The notes beneath the pieces are model-generated. The model was not told the DNA's origin. It worked only from the letters and a program-made list of their open reading frames with translations, and searched no databases. A stretch of DNA of 64,000 bases from Cladosporium halotolerans (Eukaryota). This document shows, in pieces, positions 44,354-57,423 of the stretch. Location: assembly GCF_011745625.1 (NCBI RefSeq), contig NW_027191452.1, forward strand, positions 1,178,001 through 1,242,000, read 5' to 3'. Made by a program: the position numbers and the translations under genes. Each line of letters starts with the position of its first letter. Position 1 is the first letter of the stretch.

Positions 44354-46463
44354 TCAGCCCGTCCAAGTTGGACCGTCGTCTTGCGGTCTGAGGAAGTCTT
44401 CTCGGACGTTGACCATGCCCGCTTTGCCCCCAACCTTGCTGGCCACGGCGTCGAGGAAGGCTTCGGTCTGGTTGCAGAGCTTCTCGAGAGCGGCGGAAGA
44501 GGGCTTGCCGAGGGAGACTGTGGTAGAATTGTTAGTCTTTCGAAGAAAACAATGCAGGGGGAGGGGCAACTTACCAAGGATCGCGCCGTTCACGCGCTCT
44601 GCGATGCCTACTCTCCCTCTCTTGTCCAGCAAGCTGCCGACGATGCTCTCGCGCGGGTCCACGTAGGCCATGATCGCGAAGACTTCTCGCAACTGGTCTT
44701 TCACTGCCGGCCTGGGGTCACCGCCGAATTCTGCGTGCAGTTCTTGTCCGTACTGTAAAGCAGCGGTGAGATAGTCGTTCGATTTCATCAGACCTGATTT
44801 GTGTAGCGAGGATGTCGATGACTCCATATCTATGTCACCTTCGTGGTGCTGCAGTTGGCTCTGCTTTGCGAATTCGCGGTCCAGCTGGTCGTCCAGCTCC
44901 ATTTGGTTGTCCAGCGCGTCGTCCGTTGTGTGGCCATTGCTGACGGTGCTTGGGGTTGCGGCGACCTGCAGTTCCGAGTAGCGGAGCATCATCTCGACGA
45001 ATTTCCTGCATTTTAATTGGAAGTAGATTTCCTTGTTGCGCTCGTCCAGGAGCACTTGTGGGTAGAAGGTATCGGTGAACTTAATCGCTTTGTCAATGTC
45101 GCCTGCCAGGATTGCTTTGCGGATCTTCTGGCGGTTGACGGTGTGAACGTCGTCTTCAGCGCCGAATAATGTCGATTCAGATTGCGATCCTGGTTTAGAG
45201 AGCGACTTGGAGCGATCTTGTACATCAGTCGCGAAAGCTTTCGATGTTTCTACGTAGCCCTCGTGTGCGAGATACTGGGCGACGAGCTTTTGTATAAGTG
45301 TGCTCTCGTCGTCGGGCGGATGTAACAGCGACACATCTGTCTTGTTAATCTGATCACGGATAAGTCGTCGTTCCTCAGCCATCATGCCGTCGATATCGAA
45401 CACGAATTTGTCGCGGCCGAAGTTGGCTCGTATGTGTTCGCCGGATTTCTTGATGCCAACAGATGGGAAGAGCTGGGTTGCTTTCAGATTGGTGAACGCA
45501 GTGCCTGCAGGGTGTGATCAGAATTGGACGTGTGTGAAGTAGTCACTTTCACTTACCAAGGTGAATGCCATTCTTTGTGAAGAACGCAGTACCCGTCCTG
45601 AAGTTGACGCCACAGCCGATGACATCCAAGGTGACAAACTTGGGACCATATTGCTTCCCATTAGCACTGCAGTTGAAAGAGAACCCGTCGTCACCATGGT
45701 ACGCCCAGCTCTCAGTCTCCCAGCCAGGTAATCGATTTAACGCAGTCTTCCTCCCGGAGAAGCCGATTCCGATCAACCCTTCCTTGCACCTGGATAGGAT
45801 CGTCACCTCATAATAGTAGAGCCCGAACTCTTGAGGCATGGGAAGATCCGTCCGGATTGATGCTGCCTCGTCTGTTGTCTTGCACACGCCAGAGAACCTG
45901 ACTTCACTTCCATCTCCTACCACTTCCAGGCCTACCCACTTATCATCCTCGCTCCACCGACTGGGCAAGCCTCTACTAGTCTTAACATCATCGCCGGCAA
46001 TCGAATGCGAGCCACTCAAAAGCCCTGCTGGCGCTCTTTCCACGACTTCGTGAGCGACGCCTCTGTACGATCCAGACATCTTCCTCGAGCCAGCGTGGCC
46101 CTCTCTTACGTCCCGCCTCTCCTCCAGCTCCGCAATGTGCATCTCCCAGGCGCGTTTCAACTTCTCCATGTGCCTGTTGCCCCGCAAGTAGCTCGGCATG
46201 AAGAAAGGCGGGTGCTGGTCGTGCTCCTCGCAGTCCAGGTTGTCCTCGTATCGCAGCTTGTCGCCGCTCCACCGCATCTTCACCGAGCTCGAACGCTCCT
46301 CCATGCCGCCCTCGAGTTGTCGCTCCTCGCTCCGCTCGCGGGTGTTCTGGTTCGCGATTCGAGCTAGAGACTGGAATCTGGGCGGGACTGCTGGGCTGCG
46401 CTCGGCAGAGGGTCGGCGGCCAGACCCAGGACGGCGCGGCGATGAGTGGAAGGCGCCGCTCAT
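44354..46463 (-). CDS. RanBPM/RanBP10 (Gid1/Vid30-like) CTLH-complex subunit with SPRY-LisH-CTLH-CRA domains (introns 45505-45556, 44518-44574)
   Basis: SPRY motifs YYYEVTI, LPGWETESWAYHGDDG, DVIGCGVNF; LisH LVAQYLAHEGYVET; CTLH RQKIRKAILAGDIDKA; CRA VFAIMAY...VNGAILVSLG. Confidence 0.9.
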
Positions 46464-47423
46464 CGCGGCTTGGTTGCGACGGTGACGTGTTTCCGTGGGC
46501 TAGTTCGTCTTGTAGGAGGTAGCAAGCAAGCAGAGGCCGTGGTGGTGCTGACGGCAAACCGGGCCGACGCAGGTGTCAATCGACGAGGTACCGCTTCGCC
46601 GCGGCAGACGGGGGTTTCGAATACGCGTTGACAGACTGGGACAGGGCGGGCCTGCCGGATGGAGAGGTATGTACAGCGTGCGCGGTATTAGGTCACTGGA
46701 CTGGGCGTGCAGCAACGGATGGGCGGTTTAGACTCGAGCCGAGCGAGCGCCTTCACGGCTTGAATGGTCGGGTGGGTGGTCTTGCTTGCAGCTACCGAGT
46801 CGTACTTTCCTGACCGTTAAGGCTGATGGATAACATGGCGTTATGCAATGAACGCGTAGGCGGAGGTTGATTCCAAGTGGTGTCAGCAGAGCAGGTTGTG
46901 GTGGATCAGAATGGTGGTGTATTGAGCAGCGACCTATGATGTGATGCCTCCGGTTTGGTTCGCCGAGGCGGCGCTTGTCCTTGCCCCGACCTGACGCACC
47001 CCGCCCCCAAGCAGCAGGCGGGATGAGACCAAGAGAGGGCGGTCAATCAACGTGCTGTGCTTCGATGGACTCGGACACGAACGTGATGGCGAAAATATTA
47101 GGAGTGTATTGAGGCAACTCGCATGAAGCGTTAACATGATCAACCGACTTCCAGTGTAATCTACCTTATACTACATTCAAGCCGCAGTGACCCCTTCCAC
47201 AACAGCAACTGAAGATTGCGCCCAGATATCAGCATCATAATGCTTTTGTGCGTAATCAGTAGCGAGCCATGAACGCCTTTTGAACCTCCCAAGCAAGTGA
47301 ATCACAAATCAGTAGCCTGTCCTGTTGGCCAACGCCTCGCTTTATAGTGTTACATCAAAGAAACCAGCCTTTAAGTCGTGTACACGCGCAAGTGTAGACA
47401 TCGTGCGACATCTGTTCGCATGA

Positions 47424-48305
47424 TCAAGTGGCGGCAACCGGGGCCGGCGAGCTTTCCATGCCGGTCATCATGGTCGTGTCACCATGGTCGCCACTCTGGC
47501 TCTTCTCGCTGGGCATTGCGCTGCTGCCCGGAGGCTTGAGTTCACTGGAGCTGTCACTCTTCACTTCGCCGTTGGCATCAATGCCACTGGGGCGAGTAGG
47601 TGCCTTCCAAGAACTCAAGGCCCACGTGGCTCCCGTGAAGGACTTGAGCTGCAGACCCCTCTTCTCCCAACGGCGACATGGTTTGCCTGAGCGGTCAAGA
47701 GCTCTTAAGCCGGCGTTGATGGCGCCAGTGTTAGCCTTGGGACCAAGCTTGTGGGCTGCTGCGTTGGCTGCTTTGGCGTTACCGCCGGTCTCGCCAGAGC
47801 GGTCGATGGTACCATCTGGACTGCAACGATGTTAGTGATGGTTCGTATTGACAAGATCACAAGCTGTGCTGTAGTGCCAGCCCAGCTATTTTGCAAGCGT
47901 TGAAGCCGAGTATACTCACAGTCTAGGCTTCTTCTTCGGACCTGGCCTGCCTTTCTCCCTAGGCGGCGCGTTTGGATCTATCACGGGCGGTGCCCTCTTG
48001 CGACCTGCAACGGCACCGCCGCCTCTCTTGCGCCTGCCGTCAATCTTGGGTGGTGGGGCAAGGGAGTTTGTATCGGGTGTATCGGCACCGGTGGCGGGCA
48101 TTGGTGTTGAAACGGACTCTTCAGATTTGTCTCCGGGAGAGGGCACCGGCGGCGCGATGGAAGGTGTTACGTCGGTGGTTGGAAGTGTCGGGGTCGAAGA
48201 GGACTCCTTTCGCGATGAAGGGCTTGAGACGAGTCTTGCGAGTGCGTCGGGTGCGACGTTGAGGGTGACGATCCTAGTCTTCCGCGATCCCTTGGGCGTC
48301 GCCAT
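47424..48305 (-). CDS. ies4: INO80 complex subunit Ies4 (intron 47821-47919)
   Basis: RIVTLNV N-terminus, PGPKKKPRL, KLGPKANTGAINAGLRALDRSGKPCRRWEKRGLQLKSFTG. Confidence 0.85.
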
Positions 48306-49209
48306 GGCCGACGACGACTTGGTGTATTATTGGTCGTTAGGGCGACGTTGATGCAGAGGTGCGGTGTGTTGGAGTGCTGGGTGCGCAGCGGTGGGCGAGG
48401 GAGCGGTGCCAGGCGCGATGGGCGGCAGCCAAGCGGCAGTTATTGGGGTCCGCGGTGGAATGTCGCAGGCTGAGCGCGGTATATTAGGGCGGTGCCGGGC
48501 GTGAGCGGCGATGCGAGCGGTGGTTGCGGGTGGTGCAGTGATGGAGGGCGACGAGGTGGTGGGCGGGTAGAGAAGAGGGAGCAGAGGCTGCGCATGGGCG
48601 CATGGCCGGGGGAGTGGGAGCGGTCGAGCAAGCTTTCATTGTCTTTGGTCAGTCCTCGTCGCGGGATGATCGGGCGTTGGCTGGCCTGGCTGGCTGGCCT
48701 GCTGGCTGCTGCTCCATCACCGCATCCGAAGAAGTGTGCGCGAAAGCTGCCGTGGCCCCTGCACGCGCGTGGCGCCGCTCTATGCATCGCGTGCACTACG
48801 GCACTATTATTTATTGTTATTGCCACGACGCAGCTTCATAAAATTACCGTGTCATTCGTGTGCTTCCTTGTCAAGCACGCACCCCAGTATCGCTTTCATC
48901 AGGCAATTGTCCCTTCTGCCGAGCTGCACTGAAGAACGGCGTGTTTGCCCCACAAAGCAAATCGCCTCAGGTATCCTGACTTTGTCTCGTCCCGGCGGCT
49001 GCATCCGGCGGCGCGTCCTCGTCTCACGCGCGCGTATCACGATCCGCGCTGACTGATCAGGCACCCAGGCATCCAACGCCTGCCTTCGAGACTTCAACAC
49101 CTGCAATCACATGGCTTGTATTAAGGATCGCCGCAGATGGGCAAAGTAGCCTTCTGCGCTGAGTAATGATGCGGCGGCTCAACAACACTCACCATTCGCC
49201 CCCGGCAAC

Positions 49210-51420
49210 ATGGTGACCAAAGTCCTCTGCGTGGCTGAGAAGCCCTCGATCGCAAAGGCAGTGGCCAATCACCTTTCTGGAGGGACGGCGCAGACAGTGA
49301 GTAACCATTATTGCCAGGATATCAGGCCATCCACGACTGACACACTCTAGCGTAATGTCGTCAATGCCACCTACAACAAGAACTTTCTATTTCCATTCAA
49401 TTTCCCAACATGGGGCCAGTGCGACGTGGTCATGACCTCCGTGTCCGGCCATCTGATCAGCCATGATTTCGAACAGAGATTCAAGAAATGGAGCTCGTGC
49501 GATCCGTCCGCACTATTCGAAGCCAACATCGAGTCCTTCGTCGAAGACGGCAAAAAGGGCATCGCCAAGAACATCGAAACGCAGGCTCGATCCGCACATT
49601 TCCTCTACATCTGGACCGATTGCGATCGCGAGGGCGAGAACATCGGCACTGAGATCCGCGATATTGCGTGCAAAGGCAACTCGCGACTGAACCAGCCGGG
49701 AAAGACTGTCCGCGCTCGATTCTCAAACATCGAGCGTGCGCATATCATGAACGCTGCGCTTCATCCCATTGCTTTAGACGAAGCGCAAGCGAACGCTGTC
49801 GCCTCGAGAATCGAACTAGACCTGAGGATTGGTGCCAGCTACACTCGAAACCTCACCCTCAACGTTGCAAACTTCATCAGTCGGCGAAACGGCAGCGATG
49901 ATAAGCCACAGGTCATTAGCTATGGAAGCTGTCAGTTTCCCACACTAGGTTTTGTCGTCGAACGATATTTCCGCGTCCGCAACTTCGTTCCCGAGGACTT
50001 CTGGAGTATCAAGGTCATGCGCAAGAAGGATGGCATCGACGTGCGATTCCGGTGGGCCCGGGGTCATCTCTTCGATCGCATGGCCGCGACTATCCTCTTC
50101 GAGCGCTGTATTATGGCGAAGAAAGCCCGGGTTACAAAGGTTCAAACGAAGCCCACAAGCAAATGGAAACCTCTTCCTCTCACCACCGTGGAGCTGCAGA
50201 AATGCGGCAGTCGTTTCCTGCGCATGGACAGTCAGCGCGTCATGCAAGTCGCAGAAGCGCTCTACCAGAAAGGCTGGATCAGCTACCCGCGTACGGAGAC
50301 CGATCAATTCGACCGGGGCATGGACCTCCAGGCAGTGGTGCGGAAGCAAACACAAGGCCAGACCCAATGGACGCAGCACGCTCAAGGGCTCATGAATGGC
50401 GAGTTCTCACAGCCTCGCAACGGCCGCAACAACGACAAAGCACATCCGCCCATCCACCCCGTCAACTTCGTCAACCCAACCACCCTCAATCAGGAAGAAC
50501 AGCGCGTGCACGAGTTCGTCGTGCGCCGCTTCCTGGCCTGCTGCAGCAAAGACGCCCAGGGCTCCAAGACCGATATCAGCATCCAGTACGGGCCGGAGAC
50601 CTTCAACACGTCCGGCCTCATCGTCCTCGAGCGCAACTACTTGGAAGTCTACCCGTACGACAAGTGGACGAGCAGTCAGGACCTCCCTGAGTTCCGGGAA
50701 GGAGAGGTCTTCGAGCCCACAGAAGCTAATCTGCATGAAGGCCAGACGAGCCCGCCGGGCTACTTGACTGAACCGGAGTTGATTGGCCTTATGGACGCAA
50801 ATGGGATCGGCACAGATGCGACAATGGCAGAACATATTGCGAAAATCAAAGAACGGAAGTATGTTGATACGAGGCCGCGAGGTCGCCGACCGAGGCAAGA
50901 AGACGACGATGAGGATGAAGAAGCCGAAGTTGAAATTGCGGACGAGGAGCCCGAGCGTGGCGCCGCGCGTGGTAGAGGTCGTGGGCGTGGGCGCGGGAGA
51001 GCGCGAGGCCGAGGAGGCGCTGCGGGTGCTGCTCGTGGTGCCACTACCGGCGTACAGGAGTTCATTCCGACCACTTTGGGCGTAGCTCTCGTGGAGGGCT
51101 ATGAGAATATGGGGTTCGAAACGAGTCTGACCAAGCCATTCCTGCGGAAGGAAGTAAGTTGCTTCGTTTCCCTTCGACATGAGAGACTTCTGCTGACAAT
51201 TGCTTAGATGGAACTAAGGATGAAAGCCATCTGCGAGGGCCGTAAGAACAAGCGCGAGGTCATCCAAGAGAGTCTTGACCAGTATCGTGATGTGTATCTT
51301 CGTGTCCAGCAGCAGCTTCCCGTACTCCATGCTGTAAGTTTCTGATGACGCCGAAGTACGTTTCAATTGACTAACGAAGCATAGGCGGTGCGGAAATACG
51401 TCTTCAACGAGAATGGTTGA
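49210..51420 (+). CDS. top3: DNA topoisomerase III (type IA), 4 exons (introns 49296-49350, 51154-51207, about 51334-51383)
   Basis: Toprim motifs VAEKPSIA and WTDCDREGE; SYGSCQFPTLG; catalytic ISYPRTET; AHPPIHP; GIGTDAT. Confidence 0.95.
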
Positions 51421-51994
51421 ATGCATTTCACCACTTTCTCGATTGTCGTCAATCTCCAGTACTTTTCAGCTCGCAAAGAGCTAAATGAAGAGCATCGGTG
51501 CTCACATAGGCTGGTTCTGTGCACGGCAAGGTTGATCTAGCACAGAAGGCACGTCGATGCTCAGAACTCGCGGTGACTTCCCACGAATGTAGACGACGAT
51601 GTGGTGCTTCACAGAGAACAATGCCCACAAAAAGTGGCCATCAACCAAATTGCAGAGGAAACGGAGGCTCCGGTCAACTTTAGTTGTTGATTGGCCCATA
51701 TGTAGCGTGTGATGGGCTAGGTGTTGATGATATATCAAGCATGTGCGATGTCTGGCATACAGATGCAAGACGCAGACTGTTCAATACTACGATGAATCAA
51801 GACAATCTGTTGATTCGTGCTTTCTCCAGTAGCTTTGCAATGTCTTCTACGTCCGAGCCACGGGTTGCAACTCGAGTGTTTTCACACGCTTCGATGCAGC
51901 TCAGTGACGACGCGAAACTGCGAATCCAAAGCGCAGCGGGGAAACGAAGTCGCACGCCCAACCCCGATCCACGACCCTCGAGCAACCCTGCCTC

Positions 51995-53771
51995 ATGGCG
52001 GCACCATTCCCATACACACACTACGCCTGCCCATGCTCGAGCAGCAGCGGGCCCGTCATCTCCAAGCGCGCCTCGCAGCTCGAGCCTGACGAGGACCAGG
52101 AGACCTTCAACCCGCACGACCCTCGCGCCGCCTACTCGCTGTACCCGCTCGACCACCTCCTGTTCTGCGACGAGTGCTCGCAGATCCGCTGCCCGAAATG
52201 CGTCAACGATGAGATCATAAACTGGTTCTGCCCCAGCTGCCTCTTCGAGGTGCCCAGCAGCGCCGTGCGGAGTGAAAACAACAGGTAAGGATGGTGAGGA
52301 TCTCTTCGAGCAATCGGATGCCCGTATTTGCGCGCCTGATGCTGATGGATGTGCGCGCAGGTGTTCGCGGAACTGCTACAATTGCCCTTCGTGCTCGTCG
52401 CCGCTGCACGTCACGCAGGTGGAGAAGCAGGACGATGGCATGCTCAAGCCTGGCGACGGCAGGACGGGCGACGAAGCGTACTTGCTTTTCTGCCAGTACT
52501 GCGACTGGACGACTCTCGATATCGGCGTACAGTTCAGTCGGCCTACGAAGATCACGGAGCAGTTAAACAAAGCTCGCAAAGCGCGGTATACGGTGCAACA
52601 GCCAGACTCGGAGGACGCGGACAAAACAGTCTCGAAGCAGTTGCGGAATCACGACGATGCTTTCGACAGACTGAGCGTTTTCTACACGGAGCAAATGGAT
52701 GAGACCGGCGAATCAGGGAATTCATGGGGAAGCGCATATGGCTCGCCAGCCAATCTGGCCCGCATCATGAGCTTGTACGGAGGATTAACACACGGTGCAT
52801 TGAAAAAGAGTCGGGAGAAGCCACAGCCCATGCGCGAGGCCGCTGGGGAAGAAGAAGGTCTAGCGACATATTCGCCGAGTGATCAAGATATGGACGAAGA
52901 AACGCTTCAAAAAATGCAGACGCGAGGGTGGGACGAAACAGCTTCTGAGGAGCAAGCACTCTCTACTCCAGCGAACTACGGAGCTCGATTCAAAGACGAG
53001 CTATGGCCGGCTGCCACAACACTACGTACCAAACGCGGCAAGCGCTGCAGGACGTGTCGCCAGTTCATCATCAGACCAGAGCCCAAGTCCGGAAGCGCAC
53101 GGTACAGGATTCGCATCATCGCGCACAACAACATCCCCCGACTATCGTTACGGCCATTACATCCCATCGGGCCTGTTCAGAACCCATCGTTCGTGATGAA
53201 GAGCGACCACGCATACAAGGACCCGATATTACAACCGCTCTCTGCCCAGCAGTTTGTTCTCACGTTACGAAATCCGATTTTCGAAACCGTGAAGATCAGT
53301 CTAGCGACGCCAGCTACGACGCCAGGTCGCGTCGCATCGCGGGTGACGATCCTGTGCCCTTCATTTGAGATTGGACCGGCAGGCGACGTGTGGGACGAAG
53401 CGCTCTCCAGCTCGACGAGCACAATACGTCCCAGCGACGGCGGGAGAAGCGCGGCCATGGCATCTCTGACCGGCACCGCTGAGGGAGAGAAGCAGCCCGA
53501 GGCCGGCAAGATCTGGGAGAAGACGCGCAACAGCACGTCGGTCATCCTGGAAATCGTCCCGGGATCTCTCAGGCCGACCTCTTCGATCGGGCTGAGAGAC
53601 GATGAGGTGAAGGAGACGGTGGAAGAGGCTGAAGACGATGATGTGCTGGAAATCCCTATTTACGTGCGCGCTGAGTGGACTGTGGATGTACATGGTGAGA
53701 AGGGAGGCGAGAAAGAGCCCAAGGAGTTGGGCTATTGGTGCGTCCTCGGTGTTGGACGGATCGCTGCGTGA
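51995..53771 (+). CDS. Dynactin p62 subunit (DCTN4/ropy-2) (intron 52285-52360)
   Basis: LLFCDECSQIRCPKC, CPSCLFEVPSS, RCSRNCYNCPSC, CQYCDWTT, KRCRTC, LRNPIFE. Confidence 0.9.
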
Positions 53772-54148
53772 GGGGTCCACTCTGCCGTAGCATTCCACGA
53801 ATACACATGGTGTATTCGAGCAACTCGCAATGGAATTGTTCACCAATATTTAGATCATTGCCCTACTTCTGGCTTGATCTTGCTCATTGAAATAACAACT
53901 GCTCGGAACACACGTTGTCCGGACGCTTGCAATCCACTTGCACATCAATAGCATCGGTGATTCCGGTCTTTGGTCCCGCATATGCACTGAAAAGCCAGCC
54001 CCGCGTACGTCATGCCTGTTGTGCCGTGGAAACATCATCGCCTAGTCATGGAATAAACAGGACATGCATTAGTTTTCGCCTATTCTGACACTTAAACCCT
54101 GCTCCTAAGAAGCATCCATGCATAACCAACGACGTTCTTTCGCATAGA

Positions 54149-56231
54149 ATGGCAGAAACATCGCTTTCCCCCGCGCAGTCCGCCGCGCTCTTCGACATCC
54201 TCACCCACCGCGAGACCTACCGCGAGATCGAAGACTTCAAGCAGCCAGGCGCGATTCACAAATATGGCCCGCCCTTCCAGGACGACAAGGGCAAAACCAC
54301 CTCGCCCATCCTGCAAACGCTCCTCTCGAAATTCATCCTCCCGCTGCCCGGGCTGCGAAACGTGTCCGTGGAGTTCTGGAAAGTGCGCGTGACCGACATC
54401 ATCGACGAGCTGAGCAAGGCGGAACTCAGCGAGAGCTTCGACAAGGGCATTCTTGGTATCAGAAAGACGCTCGCGACCGCCATCAGCGCGCTGATCGAAT
54501 ACCCGGCGAAAGCATGTCTGGGCGGGCTGCCTGAAGATAAAGAGAGGAAGCCTGGGTCGAGGAAGCAGGAATATGATGTCAAGAACCCCGATGATGTCCT
54601 GAACGCATGGCAGGATTGCCTGCAGGCGATCGTGTACGGCAATCTGATCGATGAGCTGTTCCAAAAGGCGGCGGAGACGGACGACTTGACACAGCATGCC
54701 TCGCTGGTGCAAGGCATGCATGAGTTTGTGCTTGTAAAGTAGGTACGGCCGCCGGCATTGCTGAGCTGGTACTGGGCTCGTGGGAGTCTTTGCTGATTTC
54801 ATTCGCCAGCATTGCATCGATCATGCACTACACACTGGTGCTATCTCCGGAAGGACCGAATTTGCTGCGCATGATTCAAAACGTGCATGGAATGCTGCCC
54901 TACAGCGTGATTCGGCAGACATTGAAGGTTGGAAATGTTGCGACTATGATCAGTGGTGTCATGCGGATCATACTCGCGAAGGTTAGCGTGAGTGCGGTTA
55001 CGAACTGGATTGGACTGAGCTCTGGTGCCGATGAGGGCATGAACCTTTTGCAACAGTAAGCATATTCCTAATGGCATGTTGCTGTGTGACTTGCTGACTT
55101 GACCTCAGGATTATCTCACAAGTCCTTGGTTGGGAGAAGAGGGAGCTCAAGAGCCGCATTGCTAAGATCGAGAAGGGCAAAGACGCTCCGCCTAAAGGCG
55201 TGTTGAATGAGATCAACACCTGGGTCAAGGATCGACCTCGAGAGGAGCATGACGAGTGCCGCAGGCAGAGTAAGGAGCAGGGTCGTTCTATCATCACTGT
55301 GATACTGTCACTATCATCAGAGTCGGCTGAGCTACCGGAGAAACAGCACGCCAGGGCCCTTGAATATCTATCGCTCTCGCTTGGAGTACGAGACCGACAA
55401 GAGATCGTGCGGGTACTCTGCCAGCGTAACCCAGATCACCTCACAGCGGCCATACGAGATGGTGTGGATGCTTATACGCCCATGATCCGCGACGTACACC
55501 AGGCCGTCAACCTGAGCGATACTTTGTGGGACTTTGAGCGCTTCGTCACCGACATGCTCAAGATCAGCAAGCCGCAAGGCAAGAAGGGCGAGGAGAAGCC
55601 GCCCTCGGTCGAAGATTTCGTCGACCTCCTCCACAGGCACCAAACCAGTAGCCACAAGTTCCTGCACCAGGTGGCGAAGAACAGCAAGCCTTTGATGGAA
55701 ACATGGAGGCAGTACGTGCACAAAGCTGCTTCGCAATTCAACGCCAATGAGAAGCCGCCCGAGAGCGCTTCGGTCGTCCCCGATTCTGTGGCAAGCGGCG
55801 GTGCCCGCGAGAAGATGGAAGAAGCGTACTCCAAGCTCGGAAAGGAGGATCAACAGGCCGTCAAATCCGAGCTCGAAGCCTACGACAAGTATTTGAAAGA
55901 CTTGCACACCGCATCGGCAGCCCGAATCAGCGCTGTCATTAAGAAATCGCACTCGACGCCTTATGGTCCTGGCGCGTACCTGGCGCGCTGGCAGCAGCTC
56001 ATGGACTCCACGCCTGTCACGCCCGACAAGCCTAAGGGCCCTGTTCGCTACGGTGGCAGCCGGAGTGTCAAGGAGGCTGGAAGGAAAGATATCGACGGCG
56101 AAGAATCAGGCTTCGTTAACGAGGATGAGGCGGAGAAGGTCGTTGATGAGAGGACGCCTGAAATGCCGAACATTGAGAAGACGGTAGAAATGCTGGGTGA
56201 GAGGTTTAGAGAGATCCTCATTGGCGGTTAG
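54149..56231 (+). CDS. PX-associated (PXB)/DUF3818 domain protein (introns 54739-54809, 55056-55108)
   Basis: LFDILTHRETYREI, SPILQTLL..FILPLPGL, LSESFDKG, HGMLPYSVIRQTLKVGN, MNLLQQIIS. Confidence 0.8.
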
Positions 56232-56505
56232 ACTACACATGTAAATATGTCATATAAGACTACGTAACTTTCACTGGTTGATCCTTGCCGTAATGCCAAA
56301 GAGAGACTCGTGCATACCTTCCTCCAAAGTCGTAAATGTCCTGGCCTTGACCAAAGATCAGGCGGGAGAAAAGGGAAGGCAGAGATCTCACCAAGATTCA
56401 CGTGTTCATGGCAGATGCAAGCTGAGTGATCGTGAATCCTGCGGGACCGGCAAACCTCCAGGCGTCAAGATTCCTAAGTACTATCAACGCTTGAGCAAAA
56501 CCAAC

Positions 56506-57402
56506 ATGGCCATCAACGATTCAGAGGTGCGATGGTGCCTCATAACAGGAGTTTCGGCCGGCGGATTGGGTGACGCTCTGACAACTGAGCTTCTAAAAAG
56601 GCCTGGCTTCCATGTCATTGCCACTGGTCTTGAGCTTGGCCATCTCGACTATCTCGAGGACTCTGCGAATCTTGCCAAAATGCAGCTTGACGTGACATCT
56701 GCCTCGTCTATATCTGCCGCTGTACAGAACATCATCGACCTCACTGGCGGCCGCCTGCACTATCTCGTCAACAATGCTGGCTATGGATTCATGATGCCGC
56801 TACTGGACGCCGGAATGGAAGCAGTGCGGCACAACTTCGAGGTCAACGTCTTTGGGTTACTCGCAGTGACACAAGCTTTCTTCCCACTGTTGAAAGAGGC
56901 GCAGGGCACGGTCGTGAACCAGTGCTCGATTGCTTCATTGCCGCCGGGCAGACAGCCATATATTGGCACCTACTGCGCGACCAAAGCGGCCGTGGCGAGC
57001 CTGAACGACACAATGAGGCTAGAGTTTGCACCTTTCGGTGTCAAAGTCATTTGCCTGGTCACGGGGGATGTGAAGACAGGCTTCTGGACACATACACCAG
57101 CAGCGAAAAGCGGTCTACCTTCGTCCTCGCCGTATGATCAGATTCGTTCCCATGTTGAAACGATGATGCGAGGAGACAGTAATCCACCTGGCCAACATTC
57201 GCGAGAAAGGTGGGCGTCAGCAGTCGTCGGTGACCTCTTGGAATCACGGCCAAATCGGTTTATACGACGCGGTTTTCTCGCGTGGACTATGTATCTGGCC
57301 ACTCTGCTGCTTCCGATATTCTTGATCGATTGGATCTTCACCAAGGCAGCGAAATTGGGAGAATTGAAGCGTAATCTGGACAGTTCGAAGAAGAAACGAT
57401 AG
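56506..57402 (+). CDS. Short-chain dehydrogenase/reductase, Ayr1-like (1-acyl-DHAP reductase family)
   Basis: TGVSAGGLG, LDVT, NNAG, catalytic YCATK, MRLEFAPFGVKV; caacATG start. Confidence 0.85.
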   Translation: MAINDSEVRWCLITGVSAGGLGDALTTELLKRPGFHVIATGLELGHLDYLEDSANLAKMQLDVTSASSISAAVQNIIDLTGGRLHYLVNNAGYGFMMPLLDAGMEAVRHNFEVNVFGLLAVTQAFFPLLKEAQGTVVNQCSIASLPPGRQPYIGTYCATKAAVASLNDTMRLEFAPFGVKVICLVTGDVKTGFWTHTPAAKSGLPSSSPYDQIRSHVETMMRGDSNPPGQHSRERWASAVVGDLLESRPNRFIRRGFLAWTMYLATLLLPIFLIDWIFTKAAKLGELKRNLDSSKKKR

Positions 57403-57423
57403 TCGATTACAGGAATTAGTTGT

